Assembly (NCBI GenBank): GCA_965248835.1
Contig: CBDFLJ010000002.1
Coordinates: 2,528,001 to 2,592,000 of the forward strand
From: Alphaproteobacteria bacterium
Lineage (GTDB): Bacteria; Pseudomonadota; Alphaproteobacteria; MPNO01
Direction: 5' to 3'
Length of the DNA stretch: 64,000 nucleotides
A model generated the notes under the pieces. The model searched no databases and had not been told where the DNA came from. It worked only from the letters and a program-made list of their open reading frames with translations. Below are positions 48,276 through 61,218 of the stretch, one piece after another. The translations under genes and the position numbers were made by a program. Numbering within the stretch: position 1 is the first letter of the stretch; every line of letters starts with the position of its first letter.

Positions 48276-49406
48276 TCAGATATAGTGCTCGTCGAGCGGT
48301 GGAAACCCGTTGAAGCCGACCGAGGCGTAGGTCGTGGTGTACGCCCCGGCGCTCAGGATCTCGATCTTGTCGCCGATCCGCAGGTCGAGCGGCAGTTCGT
48401 AGCCGGCCGCCTCGTAGAGCATGTCGACCTCGTCGCATGTCGGACCGGCGATCGCCACCGGGCCCGTCGGCCCACCGTCGCGCGGCGTGCGCATGCGATA
48501 CTGGATCGCCTCGTCCATCACCTCGGGAAGCCCGCCGAACCGGCCGATGTCGAGATAGATCCAGCGCTTGTCCTCGCCGTAGGACTTGCGTGAGATCAGC
48601 ACGACCTCGGTCTGGATCACACCGGCATCGGCGGGGATACAGCGCCCGGGCTCGATCATCATGCGCGGCAGATCGTTGCCGAAATGGCGGCGCATAGCGG
48701 TCATGATCGCATCGCCGTAACGCTCCAGCCCGGGCACGTCCTGGCGGTAGCGGCCCGGGAAGCCGCCGCCCAGGTTGACCATCTGGAGTTCAATCCCGCG
48801 GCGGGTAAGGGCGGTGAAAATCATCGCGGTGCGCCCGATCGCGATATCCCACTGGGCGACGTCGCGCTGCTGCGAGCCGACATGGAAGGAAATGCCGTAG
48901 GGCACCAGATCCAGGCCGGCCGCGCGCTCGAGCAGGTCGATCGCCATCTCGACATGGCAGCCGAACTTCTCCGAAAGCGGCCAGTCCGCGCCCTGACCGT
49001 CGGTCAGGATCCGGCACAGCACCCGCGACCCGGGTGCCGCGCGCGCGATCTTGAGCAGCTCCGCCTCGCAGTCGAAGGCGTAGATGTCCAGACCGCAGGC
49101 GCGAGCCATCGCGATGTCGCGTTCCTTCTTGATGGTGCTGCCGAACGCCATCCGGGCCGGATCGATGCCGTAATCGCGGCATTGCCCAATCTCATGGATG
49201 CTCGCGGTATCGAAGTGCGACCCCAGCCGGTCGAGCAACGCCACCACCGGGCGCGCCGGATTGGCTTTGACGGCGTAGTAGATCTCGGCATCGGGCAGGG
49301 CCGCACGCAGCGCGTGGTAGTTCTCCTCCACCACGTCCAGATCGACCACCAGGCACGGCGTCGCCGGCTGACGTTCCGCCAGAAACCGTTCGATCTTCGA
49401 ATTCAT
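48276..49406 (-). CDS. Fold-type III PLP ornithine/lysine decarboxylase
   Basis: YYAVKAN, SEKFG, SFHVGSQ, NLGGGF, EPGR, AGPTCD, GAYT. Confidence 0.92.
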   Translation of the reverse strand: MNSKIERFLAERQPATPCLVVDLDVVEENYHALRAALPDAEIYYAVKANPARPVVALLDRLGSHFDTASIHEIGQCRDYGIDPARMAFGSTIKKERDIAMARACGLDIYAFDCEAELLKIARAAPGSRVLCRILTDGQGADWPLSEKFGCHVEMAIDLLERAAGLDLVPYGISFHVGSQQRDVAQWDIAIGRTAMIFTALTRRGIELQMVNLGGGFPGRYRQDVPGLERYGDAIMTAMRRHFGNDLPRMMIEPGRCIPADAGVIQTEVVLISRKSYGEDKRWIYLDIGRFGGLPEVMDEAIQYRMRTPRDGGPTGPVAIAGPTCDEVDMLYEAAGYELPLDLRIGDKIEILSAGAYTTTYASVGFNGFPPLDEHYI

Positions 49407-49461
49407 AGCCGCCGTGCCGCCGTGCCGCCGCCCGCACCCGCCCACCGGCGAGGGCGCAGGT

Positions 49462-49488
49462 GATATACGCGCCCACGCCCGCTGTAAA
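49462..49488 (-). promoter_or_regulatory. Putative promoter of decarboxylase gene
   Basis: TTTACA ... GCGTATATC on minus strand ~55-80 nt upstream of ATG. Confidence 0.35.
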
Positions 49489-49597
49489 GGGTGAAGCCCG
49501 CCACGCCCGCCCGCGCGGCGGATGACTGCTTGATTGCAGAGACGCCCATGCGTCCCTATAACGCTGGCTGTCCTCGAACCGATACGAGCGGGCCGGC

Positions 49598-50053
49598 ATG
49601 GCATCGCGAATTCTCATCCTCAACGGCCCAAACCTCAACATGCTCGGTGTCCGCGAGCCGGACATCTATGGGCATCAGACGTTGCGGGACGTCGAGGCGC
49701 TGTGCCACGCCACGGCCGACCCGCTCGATGCCGTCGTTTCTTTTCGCCAGTCCAACCACGAAGGCGAGCTGCTCGATTGGATTCACGCCGCGCGCGATAC
49801 CCAGGACGTCATCATCATCAACCCGGCCGCTTACGGCCACACGTCGATTGCACTCCTTGACGCGCTCAAGGCCTGCGCGCTGCCGGTGGTGGAGCTGCAT
49901 CTTTCCAACCCGCTGGCCCGCGAGCCGTTCCGCCATCACAGCTACGTGAGTCAGGTCGCCGACGGCCTGATTTGCGGCTTCGGCAGCGACGGCTATGCGA
50001 TGGCGATCGAGGCCGCGGTCCGGCTGGTGGACCGGAAACGGGAAGCCCGGTAG
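49598..50053 (+). CDS. aroQ: Type II 3-dehydroquinate dehydratase
   Basis: LNGPNLNMLGVREP, QSNHEG, INPAAY.HTS, ELHLSN, REPFRH. Confidence 0.96.
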   Translation: MASRILILNGPNLNMLGVREPDIYGHQTLRDVEALCHATADPLDAVVSFRQSNHEGELLDWIHAARDTQDVIIINPAAYGHTSIALLDALKACALPVVELHLSNPLAREPFRHHSYVSQVADGLICGFGSDGYAMAIEAAVRLVDRKREAR

Positions 50054-50493
50054 TGGCGCAGATCGACATCGACGAGGACCTGATCCGGCGGCTCTCGGCC
50101 CTGCTCGAGGAGACCGGCCTGGGCGAGATCGAATACGCCGAGGGCAGGACAAGGATCCGGGTCGCCCGCGGCGGCGGCGCGGTCGCGATCCCCGCTCCCC
50201 ACGGCGCGCCGGCGGCCGATCCCGCCGCGGAAGCTCGGGTCCCGGCCCGGGCGGACATCGAGGGCGCGGTGATTGCTCCCATGGTCGGCACCGTCTATGT
50301 CGCACCGGAGCCGGGGGCGGCGCCTTTCGTTCGGCCCGGCGATACGGTCGAGGAGGGCCAGACGCTGCTGCTTATCGAGGCGATGAAGACGTTCAACCCG
50401 ATCCGCGCGCCGCGCGCCGGCAGGGTCGCCCGGATTCTGGTGGGCGATGCCATGCCGGTCGAGTACGGCGAAGCCCTGGTCGTCCTCGAATAG
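50053..50493 (+). CDS. accB: Acetyl-CoA carboxylase biotin carboxyl carrier protein
   Basis: PMVGT, EAMK biotinylation motif. Confidence 0.96.
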   Translation: MAQIDIDEDLIRRLSALLEETGLGEIEYAEGRTRIRVARGGGAVAIPAPHGAPAADPAAEARVPARADIEGAVIAPMVGTVYVAPEPGAAPFVRPGDTVEEGQTLLLIEAMKTFNPIRAPRAGRVARILVGDAMPVEYGEALVVLE

Positions 50494-50511
50494 AGGTTCA
50501 AGCCCGCGCCG

Positions 50512-51855
50512 ATGTTCGACAAGATCCTCATCGCCAACCGTGGAGAGGTGGCGCTGCGCATCCATCGCGCGTGCAAGGAGATGGGTATCCAGACGGTCGC
50601 CGTCCATTCGACCGCCGACAAGGACGCCATGCATGTCCGCCTCGCCGATGAGAGCGTCTGCATCGGACCCCCGCCGGCGCGCCAGAGCTATCTGAACATC
50701 CCGGCGATCGTCTCCGCGGCGATGATTGCCAATGCCAACGCGATCCATCCGGGATACGGCTTCCTGTCCGAGGATGCGAAGTTCGCCTCGATCGTCGAGG
50801 AGCACGGGCTGAGTTTCATCGGCCCGGCGCCCGAGCACATCGCGATGATGGGCGACAAGGTCGCGGCCAAGAAGGCGATGATCGAAAACGGCGTGCCCGT
50901 CGTACCGGGCTCCGACGGCCCGGTCGAGGACGACGCCGCGGCCGGCGCCATAGCCGAGGAGATCGGCTACCCGGTGCTGGTCAAGGCGTCCGGCGGCGGC
51001 GGCGGGCGCGGCATGAAGGTCGCCGAGCAGCCTTCGATGCTGAGCGCCGCGCTCGGCATGGCGCGCGCCGAGGCCAAGGCCGCATTCCGCAACGATGCGG
51101 TCTATATCGAGAAGTTCCTCGACAACCCGCGCCACATCGAGGTGCAGATACTGGCCGACGGCGAGGGCAAGGTGGTCCATTTGGGCGAGCGCGACTGCTC
51201 GCTTCAGCGGCGCCATCAGAAGATCCTCGAGGAGGCCGGATCGCCGGCGCTCAACGACGAGCAGCGCGCGGAGATCGGGCGCATCGCCTGCACCGCGATC
51301 GAGAAGCTCGGCTACCGCAACGCCGGCACGCTGGAATTTCTGTATCAGGACGGCCGGTTCTATTTCATCGAGATGAACACCCGGCTGCAGGTCGAGCACC
51401 CGGTGACCGAGATGATCACCGGGATCGATATCGTGCGCGAGCAGATCAGGGTGGCCGCCGGCCTGCCGCTGAGCTTCAGGCAGTCCGACATCACGTTCTC
51501 GGGCCATGCGATCGAGTGCCGGATCAACGCCGAATCGCCGGAGACCTTCACGCCCTCGCCCGGCCGGGTGAGCGAGTACCACGCGCCGGGCGGTCTCGGC
51601 GTGCGGATGGATTCCGGACTCTATGCCGGATACGTCGTGCCACCGAACTATGACAGCTTGGTCGCCAAGCTCATCGTCCATGGAACCAACCGCAATGAAT
51701 GCCTTATGCGGCTGCGCCGGGCTCTGCAGGAGTGCGTGATCAGCGGGATCGAAACCACGCTGCCGCTGTTGGAACGGATCGTCGCCGCGCCCGATTTCGT
51801 CAACGGCGACTACGACATCAAATGGCTCGAGGCCTTCGTCGCCGACAGGGGGTGA
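50512..51855 (+). CDS. accC: Biotin carboxylase
   Basis: [47 protein letters not shown]. Confidence 0.97.
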   Translation: MFDKILIANRGEVALRIHRACKEMGIQTVAVHSTADKDAMHVRLADESVCIGPPPARQSYLNIPAIVSAAMIANANAIHPGYGFLSEDAKFASIVEEHGLSFIGPAPEHIAMMGDKVAAKKAMIENGVPVVPGSDGPVEDDAAAGAIAEEIGYPVLVKASGGGGGRGMKVAEQPSMLSAALGMARAEAKAAFRNDAVYIEKFLDNPRHIEVQILADGEGKVVHLGERDCSLQRRHQKILEEAGSPALNDEQRAEIGRIACTAIEKLGYRNAGTLEFLYQDGRFYFIEMNTRLQVEHPVTEMITGIDIVREQIRVAAGLPLSFRQSDITFSGHAIECRINAESPETFTPSPGRVSEYHAPGGLGVRMDSGLYAGYVVPPNYDSLVAKLIVHGTNRNECLMRLRRALQECVISGIETTLPLLERIVAAPDFVNGDYDIKWLEAFVADRG

Positions 51856-51859
51856 GACG

Positions 51860-52510
51860 GTGTCGAAGCTGACCACCGAGGTCCTGTTGCGCGCCTACTC
51901 GATGGGGCTGTTCCCGATGGCCGAGCGGCGCGACGACCCGACGCTGTATTGGATCGATCCGGAAAAGCGCGGCATCCTTCCTCTGGACGGGTTCCACATC
52001 TCCCGCCGGCTCCGCAAGATCGTGCGCGCCGAAACCTTGGAGGTCCGCTGCGACACCGCCTTCGCCGCGGTGATCGAGGCCTGTGCGGAGCCGGGCCGCG
52101 GCAGGGAGGAGAGCTGGATCAACGCCGAGATCATCGCCCTTTATTGTGAGCTGCACATGATGGGCCGCGCCCATTCGGTGGAATGCTGGCAGGACGGTGC
52201 GCTCGTCGGCGGCCTGTACGGCGTCAGCCTCGGCGCGGCGTTTTTCGGGGAGAGCATGTTCTCGCGGGTCTCCGATGCCAGCAAGGTCGCGCTGGTCCAT
52301 CTTCTGGCCCGGCTGCGGGCGGGCGGGTTCAGCCTGCTCGACGTGCAGTTCGTCACCCCGCATCTGGCCCGGTTCGGCGCCGTCGAGGTCCATCGCGCGG
52401 GCTATCGCCAGATGCTCGCCGATGCGCTCGACCGGCTGGGGACATTTCACCGGGAGATAACGCGTTCGGAGATCGAGGAGGTCTTGCAGTCCACCACCCA
52501 GACGTCATAG
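51860..52510 (+). CDS. aat: Leucyl/phenylalanyl-tRNA--protein transferase
   Basis: [35 protein letters not shown]. Confidence 0.96.
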   Translation: MSKLTTEVLLRAYSMGLFPMAERRDDPTLYWIDPEKRGILPLDGFHISRRLRKIVRAETLEVRCDTAFAAVIEACAEPGRGREESWINAEIIALYCELHMMGRAHSVECWQDGALVGGLYGVSLGAAFFGESMFSRVSDASKVALVHLLARLRAGGFSLLDVQFVTPHLARFGAVEVHRAGYRQMLADALDRLGTFHREITRSEIEEVLQSTTQTS

Positions 52511-52836
52511 ATCGGGTGCTCGAGGCTGGACAAGGCGGGGCTCGATGCAAACATCCAGCCGCTGAACAGCCTGACCGGGCGCTCGCCCCTGCGCACCTCG
52601 TCGACCTCCAGGAACGCGGTGGTCTCGGGCGGCTCTTCGGGCGGGCGGGTGCGGCAGTATCGGACGACGATGTTCAGCGTTCCGAACCGCACCATGCCGT
52701 CGATCGGCGCCTCGATTGCGGAGATCCTGGCGGTGACCTTGTCGAGGCCCTGCAGGATCGCGACGGAGCCTTCGCTCTTTGCCGGGCCGGCGAGCAGCAA
52801 CGAGGCCGCGAGCGCCGCGATCTGCCGCGCGGTCAT
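52447..52836 (-). CDS. DUF2155 domain protein
   Basis: [29 protein letters not shown]. Confidence 0.88.
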   Translation of the reverse strand: MTARQIAALAASLLLAGPAKSEGSVAILQGLDKVTARISAIEAPIDGMVRFGTLNIVVRYCRTRPPEEPPETTAFLEVDEVRRGERPVRLFSGWMFASSPALSSLEHPIYDVWVVDCKTSSISERVISR

Positions 52837-53621
52837 CGATCAGCCGACACCGGCTTGACGGCGCGGAAGCGCAGCCTGACGTAATCGGCGATCCAGCCCC
52901 CGTCGGCCCAGCAGAGATCGGGCCTCAGCATCTCGCGGACCTCGTCGAGCAGGGCCGGCCTTGCGCCGGGCGCGAGCGCCAAAAGGACCGGCTCGGCGAA
53001 GGTCTCCAGCCAGGCGGCGATATCGCCGGGCAGCCTCGTCGGCCGATCGATCAGCGCGATGGAGGTGACCGCGAAGCCGCGTGCGGCCAGCCGGTTACGG
53101 TAGTCCTCCACGGTCGGGAAGTACCACGGCAGCAGCGGAGCGGCATCGATCCCGCGCTTGGCCATGGCCGCGCCCAGGGCCTCGCGGATCCGCGCGACAT
53201 TGCCGTGGCCGCCCATCTCGCCGACCAGCCGCCCGGCCAGCCGCAGCGCGCGCCACATGCCGTCGATCACCGCATCGGGCCGGGGCATCCAATGGAGCGC
53301 GGCATTGGTGAGGATCGCATCGAAAGCGCGATCGAAGGGCAGATCGTGGCCGTCGGCGATGCGCGCATCGAGGCCGCGCCGGCAGGCCGCGGCAACCTGC
53401 TCCGCGCTCGAATCCACGCCGATGACCGATGCGCAGCGCTCGGCGAGCATCGCCGTCAGCGCACCATCGCCGCAACCGAGGTCGAGGATCACCTCATGGG
53501 GCCGCGGGGCGAGGAGGTCCAGAAGGGGCGTGCCGAGGTCGGCCACGAACCGCGCGTTCCTGGCGTATCGGTCAGGATCCCAGTGCTGCGGTGCGGCAGG
53601 ACCGTCCTCACCTGGGCTCAT
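52833..53621 (-). CDS. Class I SAM-dependent methyltransferase
   Basis: ILDLGCGDG, FDAILTNAALHW, ADYVRLRF. Confidence 0.88.
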   Translation of the reverse strand: MSPGEDGPAAPQHWDPDRYARNARFVADLGTPLLDLLAPRPHEVILDLGCGDGALTAMLAERCASVIGVDSSAEQVAAACRRGLDARIADGHDLPFDRAFDAILTNAALHWMPRPDAVIDGMWRALRLAGRLVGEMGGHGNVARIREALGAAMAKRGIDAAPLLPWYFPTVEDYRNRLAARGFAVTSIALIDRPTRLPGDIAAWLETFAEPVLLALAPGARPALLDEVREMLRPDLCWADGGWIADYVRLRFRAVKPVSADR

Positions 53622-54090
53622 CGGCTGCCGATTTGCCGCTTTTGCCGTCGCCGGCCTGGCTGAAAATAAGCTGACCAATCAGGGAGAACAGATCGACCGA
53701 GCCTTGGGTGGTCTCGATCTCGCCGCCAGGGGGGATTATCTCGTCCTCGCCACCGGGAGAAAGCGTCAGGTACTTCTCGCCGAGCAGCCCGTCGGCGGTG
53801 ATCGAGGCCGAGGTATCCAGGGGCAGCTTGATCGCCCGATCGATGCTCATCGTCACCACTGCAAGATAGGTCTGCGGATCGATCGCCTGGGTCGTGACCG
53901 TGCCGATCTTGATTCCGCTCATTCTGACGTCGCTGCCCTCGTGGATCCCGTCGATCCGGTCGAACTTGGCCGAAATCGGGTAGCCGTCAACCGCCCCGAT
54001 GTCGGCGGTGTTGTAGGCGAAGACGAAGAAGAACACCGCCACGACGATGACCGCCGCGCCCATCAACGTCTCGATCAGATTCCTACCCAT
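53608..54090 (-). CDS. mlaD: Outer membrane lipid asymmetry protein MlaD (MCE)
   Basis: N-terminal TM, GSDVRMSGIKIG, GLLGEKY, TQGS. Confidence 0.92.
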   Translation of the reverse strand: MGRNLIETLMGAAVIVVAVFFFVFAYNTADIGAVDGYPISAKFDRIDGIHEGSDVRMSGIKIGTVTTQAIDPQTYLAVVTMSIDRAIKLPLDTSASITADGLLGEKYLTLSPGGEDEIIPPGGEIETTQGSVDLFSLIGQLIFSQAGDGKSGKSAADEPR

Positions 54091-54164
54091 CGGGCGAGAG
54101 TCCCTTGTCGTTGGATCCCCTCATGCGTGCCGCCCGGCGGCCGGACGATCGCCGCCGGTCCCGA

Positions 54165-54521
54165 TCACGGCGGGACCCAAGGCTCGTATTCGCTGTTGGC
54201 ACGCTCGCGGCGCGCGCCCATGAGAACGTGGCCGGGCGGGCGATAGGCTTCCGCCGTCCCGGTCGCGTTTGGGCGGTGAGGCTTCTGCCAATCCCGTTTG
54301 GGGCTGCCGCCTTGGGGCGGCACGTCGTCGCAGGTGTGATGCAGCCAGGCGTGCCATTCCGGCGGAACGCGCGAGGCCTCCACGGTGCCGTTGTAGAGCA
54401 CCCAGCGGCGCTCGCGCCGGCCGGACGGCGCCGATTTCTCCCGGTAGTAGCGGTTGCCGGCCTCGTCACGGCCGACATGCTCGCCCTTCAGCCAGGTGAA
54501 AATCCGCGTGCCGATCGTCAT
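54165..54521 (-). CDS. NADH:ubiquinone oxidoreductase NDUFA12-like subunit
   Basis: VGRDEAGNRYY, RRWV, SRVPPEWHAWLH, Y.PW.P. Confidence 0.92.
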   Translation of the reverse strand: MTIGTRIFTWLKGEHVGRDEAGNRYYREKSAPSGRRERRWVLYNGTVEASRVPPEWHAWLHHTCDDVPPQGGSPKRDWQKPHRPNATGTAEAYRPPGHVLMGARRERANSEYEPWVPP

Positions 54522-54709
54522 GGAACTCCTCGACGGGCGGCTGGCGGCGGCCCGGATGCCTCTTGGCCCCGTCAGCGGGTCGAGAATATTGCACTTGTCG
54601 GAAGTCCCGTCCAGCCTGACGGCAGCGGCTTGCCGCTTGCCGCTTGCCATCACTGCCGTGGCATCATTCAATGCCACCGCGATAGATCAATCGTGTTTTG
54701 GAGACGCAA

Positions 54710-55174
54710 ATGGCTGGCCGCATCGAAGCACGGCTGTCCGAGCTCGGGATCACCCTGCCGGAACCGGCGGTGCCGCAGGCGAACTACGTTCCCTTCGTGC
54801 GCACCGGCAACCAGCTATTCATCGCCGGCCAGGTGCCGAGCATTGCCGGCCAGACGATCACCGGCAAGCTCGGCGCGGGTACCGACATCGCCACCGGGCA
54901 GAAGGCCGCGCGGGCATGTGCGCTCAACCTCATCGCGCACGCCAGAACCGCGTGCGAGGGCGATCTCGACCGCGTGGTCCGTTGGGTCAAGCTCGGCGGC
55001 TTCGTCCAGGGCACGCCCGACTTCACCGACGCGCCGCAGGTCGTCAACGGCGCCTCGGACCTGATGGTCGAGGTGTTCGGGGATGCCGGCAAACACGCCC
55101 GGTTCGCGGTCGTGGTGGCCTGCTTGCCGCTCGATTCGGCAGTCGAGGTCGACGCGGTCCTCGAAATCCGCTAG
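54710..55174 (+). CDS. Single-domain RidA/YjgF family protein
   Basis: ANYVPF, AGQVP, NGASDL..VFGDAGKHAR, LPLDSAVEV. Confidence 0.9.
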   Translation: MAGRIEARLSELGITLPEPAVPQANYVPFVRTGNQLFIAGQVPSIAGQTITGKLGAGTDIATGQKAARACALNLIAHARTACEGDLDRVVRWVKLGGFVQGTPDFTDAPQVVNGASDLMVEVFGDAGKHARFAVVVACLPLDSAVEVDAVLEIR

Positions 55175-55183
55175 GCACGAGAG

Positions 55184-56353
55184 ATGCCTGACGGCGGCGA
55201 CCCGGTAACGATCAAAATCTTCGGCGGCATCGCCGAGGTCCCGCCGGAGGAATGGGATGCCTGCGCCGGCCCCGACAACCCTTTCGTCTCGCACGCCTTC
55301 CTCCGGGTTGCCGAGGAGAGCGGCTCGGCCTCGGCGCAGACCGGCTGGCTCCCACAGCATCTTGGGATCGAGGACGACCAGGGCCGGCTGATCGGCGCGG
55401 TGCCGTGCTTTCTGAAAAACCATTCCTACGGCGAGTATGTCTTCGACTGGGGTTGGGCGGACGCCTTCGAGCGCGCCGGCGGAAAGTACTACCCCAAGCT
55501 CCAGGTCTCGGTGCCGTTCACCCCGGTGAGCGGGCCGCGGCTCCTGGTGCGGCCGGGCGCGGACGCCGGCCAGACCCGGATGATGCTGACCGCCGGGCTG
55601 GTCGAGCTCGCCAGGCAGCACGACGTGTCGTCCTTCCACATCACCTTCTGCGAGGAGGAGGAATGGCGCGGGCTGGGCGAGGCCGGCCTCTTGCAGCGGA
55701 TGGGCCAGCAGTTCCATTGGCACAACCGGGGTTACGCGTGCTTCGATGACTTCCTGGCCGCGCTGTCCTCGCGCAAGCGCAAGGCGATCCGCAAGGAGCG
55801 GCGTGAGGCCAACGACGGCGGCATCACGATCGAGACGCTCACCGGCGACGCGCTGGAAGAGCGCCACATGGCGGCCTTCTACCGGTTCTACCTCAACACC
55901 GTGGACCGTAAATGGGCCCATGCCTATCTGAGCGAGCCGTTCTTCCAGCTTCTGCGTGAGCGAATGGCCGACCAGGTCGTGCTGGTCATGGCCTCGCAAG
56001 GCGGAAAATTTGTCGGCGGGGCGCTCAACCTGCGCGGGGCGGACACGCTCTATGGCCGTAACTGGGGCTGCAGCCACCGCTACCGGATGCTCTATTTCGA
56101 GGCCTGCTTCTACCGCGCCATCGATTTCGCCATCGCGCACGGCCTGGCCCGGGTCGAGGCCGGCGCCCAGGGTCCGCACAAGATCCAGCGCGGCTACCTG
56201 CCGAGCCCGACCTATTCCGCCCACTGGATCCGCGAGCCGCGGTTCCGCGAAGCCGTCGAGCATTTCCTCGGCCGCGAGCGCATCCTGGTCGGCCACGAGA
56301 TGAAAGATCTCGGCGAGACCGGCCCCTACCGCAAGGACGGGCCGGCGGACTGA
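55184..56353 (+). CDS. GNAT/FemAB-like protein (DUF482)
   Basis: HSYGEYVFDWGWA, YYPKL..PFTP, LYGRNWG, EAGAQG.HK..RGY. Confidence 0.88.
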   Translation: MPDGGDPVTIKIFGGIAEVPPEEWDACAGPDNPFVSHAFLRVAEESGSASAQTGWLPQHLGIEDDQGRLIGAVPCFLKNHSYGEYVFDWGWADAFERAGGKYYPKLQVSVPFTPVSGPRLLVRPGADAGQTRMMLTAGLVELARQHDVSSFHITFCEEEEWRGLGEAGLLQRMGQQFHWHNRGYACFDDFLAALSSRKRKAIRKERREANDGGITIETLTGDALEERHMAAFYRFYLNTVDRKWAHAYLSEPFFQLLRERMADQVVLVMASQGGKFVGGALNLRGADTLYGRNWGCSHRYRMLYFEACFYRAIDFAIAHGLARVEAGAQGPHKIQRGYLPSPTYSAHWIREPRFREAVEHFLGRERILVGHEMKDLGETGPYRKDGPAD

Positions 56354-56395
56354 GCCGGATCGCCTCAATTGGCATCGTTGGTGGAATCGTTGGGG

Positions 56396-57048
56396 TCAGG
56401 CGCCTTGTGCGGGTGTCCAGACGATGACCCGGATTGGCGTCGGGTTGTAATCGTTGACCGGGTTGTTGATCTGCGGGCAGTTGGAGATCACCGCCAACGT
56501 GTCGGTCTCGGCTAACAGCTCGACGTGGTTGCCGGGCTTGGAGAGGCTGGGGCCCATGTCCATCTCGCCGGTCTCGGCCACGGGCACATACATGAAGAAG
56601 TTGATGTTGGCGACGATGTCCGCCGCGCCCATGCCGTGCTTGGCAAGCTCGTGGAGGAAGTTGTCGCGGCAGTTGGGACCCGGCGCGGCGCCGTAGCGGA
56701 AGGCGTTGATCGCGTTGCTGCAGCAGCCGCCGATGGTGTCGTGGCGGCCGCAGGTGTCCACAACGATGGTCAGGAGCGGGGTCAGGCGGACGGAATAAAG
56801 CGTCGTGCCGGTCTCGAGGAAGATGCCGCGCTCGTTGACCTTCATCGTATCGGCCGCGGCATAGCGGTCGGCGTGGTCGTGAGCGTTGTAGCACAGGAAA
56901 TCGACCGCCTGCCTGCCCTCCAGATCGATGATCCGAAGGTGCTGGCCGGCCTCGATCACCCGGCTCCACGAGGCCCGGGCGGCGATGGTGCTATCCTCCA
57001 GGACCGCGCCCGCGATGTCGTGTCCGGCCACCGCCCCGCCCGCGCGGC

Positions 57049-57052
<4 letters not shown>
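56396..57052 (-). CDS. DUF1989 / urea carboxylase-associated protein 2 (CgdB-like)
   Basis: DLEGRQAVD, HDTIGGCC, NCRDNF, NINFFM.VP, SNCPQINNP; TTG overlaps clpA stop. Confidence 0.85.
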
Positions 57053-59397
<2,345 letters not shown>

Positions 59398-59401
59398 GAC
59401 G

Positions 59402-59797
59402 CTAGGCCTTCTCGAGCGTGCACTGAAGGGGATGCTGATGCTGTCGAGCTAGATCCATCACCTGCGTTACCTTTGTTTCCGCGATTTCATAAGTGAAGAC
59501 ACCGCACACGCCGACCCCTCTCTGGTGTACGTGGAGCATAATGTGCGTGGCTTCCTCGTGGGTTTTGTTGAAGAATCTCTCAAGCACCATGACGACGAAT
59601 TCCATCGGTGTATAGTCGTCATTGAGCATGATGACCTTATACATTGACGGCTTTTTGACCTTGGGCTTGGGCTTGACGACGACGCCCGTTGCCGGACCTT
59701 GGTCCTGGCCATCGTCATCCCGGTCATCATCGCCTGCCGACCTCGCGGGATGTAGAGTTGCGAGACGGGTGATCATCAGCCTTACCTCCGATGCCAT
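59402..59797 (-). CDS. clpS: Clp protease adaptor ClpS
   Basis: [33 protein letters not shown]. Confidence 0.96.
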   Translation of the reverse strand: MASEVRLMITRLATLHPARSAGDDDRDDDGQDQGPATGVVVKPKPKVKKPSMYKVIMLNDDYTPMEFVVMVLERFFNKTHEEATHIMLHVHQRGVGVCGVFTYEIAETKVTQVMDLARQHQHPLQCTLEKA

Positions 59798-60021
59798 GAT
59801 ATTGGATCACGGCAACGTTCGCAAAGCCGTTTCGCCGCGCCTGTGCGTCGATGCGGGGCCCGGAAGCGGGCCTGTTGCTTACCACACCCCGGCTTATCTT
59901 CCGATTGAACTTAATGCCCCAATAGTTCGATAAATTTGATATATTCGTGGAAGCTTGCCGGATAGAAGCCATCGCGCGGCCGGGCAAGCGGCGTCTAGGA
60001 TCGTTGCAGAGTTAGCACCCG

Positions 60022-61218
60022 ATGGGGCCTGGGGATCGCCGAAAGCGCAAGGTTTTTGCCGCCGTGGCGGTATCGATGTTGGCGCTCGCCGCAATGCCGG
60101 CCCTGTCGACGGCGCCGGCCCTGGCGGGCTACGCCGCGATCGTGATCGACGCGGACACCGGCGCGGTGCTGCACGCGGTCAACGCCGATACCCGCAACTA
60201 CCCGGCCTCGCTGACCAAGATGATGACCCTCTACCTGTTGTTTGAGCGAATCGGACAGCGGCGCCTGGGTCTGTCCGACCGGCTGCGGGTCTCCCGGCGG
60301 GCGGCGAGCCGGGCGCCGTCCAGTCTCGGCCTCCGCAAGGGCCAGCGAATCCCCGTGCGCGATGCGATCGGAACGCTGGTCACCAAATCGGCCAACGACG
60401 CCGCCACCGTGATCGCCGAGGCGGTCGGGGGCAGCGAGCGCCGGTTCGCCCGGATGATGACCGCCAAGGCGCACGCGCTCGGCATGTCGCACACGAATTT
60501 TCGCAATGCCTCCGGCCTGCCCGACAGGCGCCAGACCAGCACCGCACGCGACATGGCGCGGCTGGCCAATGCCCTGTTGCGGGATTTCCCGCACCGGTAT
60601 CCTTATTTCCGGTTGCAGTCCTACCTCTATGACGGCCGCAAATTCCACAATCACAACCGCCTTCTGCGGTCCTACGACGGCATGGACGGGATCAAGACCG
60701 GCTATATCCGTGCCTCGGGATACAACATCGCCTCCTCGGCAACGCGCGACGGCAAGCGGCTTATCGCGGTGGTTTTCGGCGGCAGGTCGGCGCGCTGGCG
60801 CGACCGTCATGTGGCGCGGCTGCTCAACCGTGGCTTCGCCGCGCTACGCGACGGCCGGCACGGCGGCCGCGTCATCCGCGGCTGGAACGTCCGCGCGGTC
60901 CCCTTGCCCAAGGCCAAGCCGATCCGGAAGCTGGTCGACAAGAACATGTTGTGGGCGATCGAGATCGGCCGCTTCCATCAGTTCGCGCTGGCCCATCGGG
61001 CGATCACCAAGGCAGCCGATATCGTGCCGTCCCTGGTCAGCACGCCGATCGCGATCCTCAGCGATGAGGACAGCGGCGGCCGGGTGGTGTTCCGGTCCCA
61101 GATCACCGGGCTCAGCGAGGCGGGCGCACGCCGCTCCTGCGATGCGCTGCAGCGTCGGAACTTCAGTTGCCTGCCGCTGCCGGGCAGCACCGGCGCCGTC
61201 ATCCAGGGCAGCCGCTAA
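60022..61218 (+). CDS. D-alanyl-D-alanine carboxypeptidase (S11) with C-terminal SPOR-like domain
   Basis: PASLTK (SxxK), SAND (SxN), KTGY. Confidence 0.9.
   Translation: MGPGDRRKRKVFAAVAVSMLALAAMPALSTAPALAGYAAIVIDADTGAVLHAVNADTRNYPASLTKMMTLYLLFERIGQRRLGLSDRLRVSRRAASRAPSSLGLRKGQRIPVRDAIGTLVTKSANDAATVIAEAVGGSERRFARMMTAKAHALGMSHTNFRNASGLPDRRQTSTARDMARLANALLRDFPHRYPYFRLQSYLYDGRKFHNHNRLLRSYDGMDGIKTGYIRASGYNIASSATRDGKRLIAVVFGGRSARWRDRHVARLLNRGFAALRDGRHGGRVIRGWNVRAVPLPKAKPIRKLVDKNMLWAIEIGRFHQFALAHRAITKAADIVPSLVSTPIAILSDEDSGGRVVFRSQITGLSEAGARRSCDALQRRNFSCLPLPGSTGAVIQGSR

Noticed and set aside
59880-59950. CtrA box in the AT-rich clpS/dac intergenic region
   Set aside because: Only a single TTAA half-site; no TTAA-N7-TTAA
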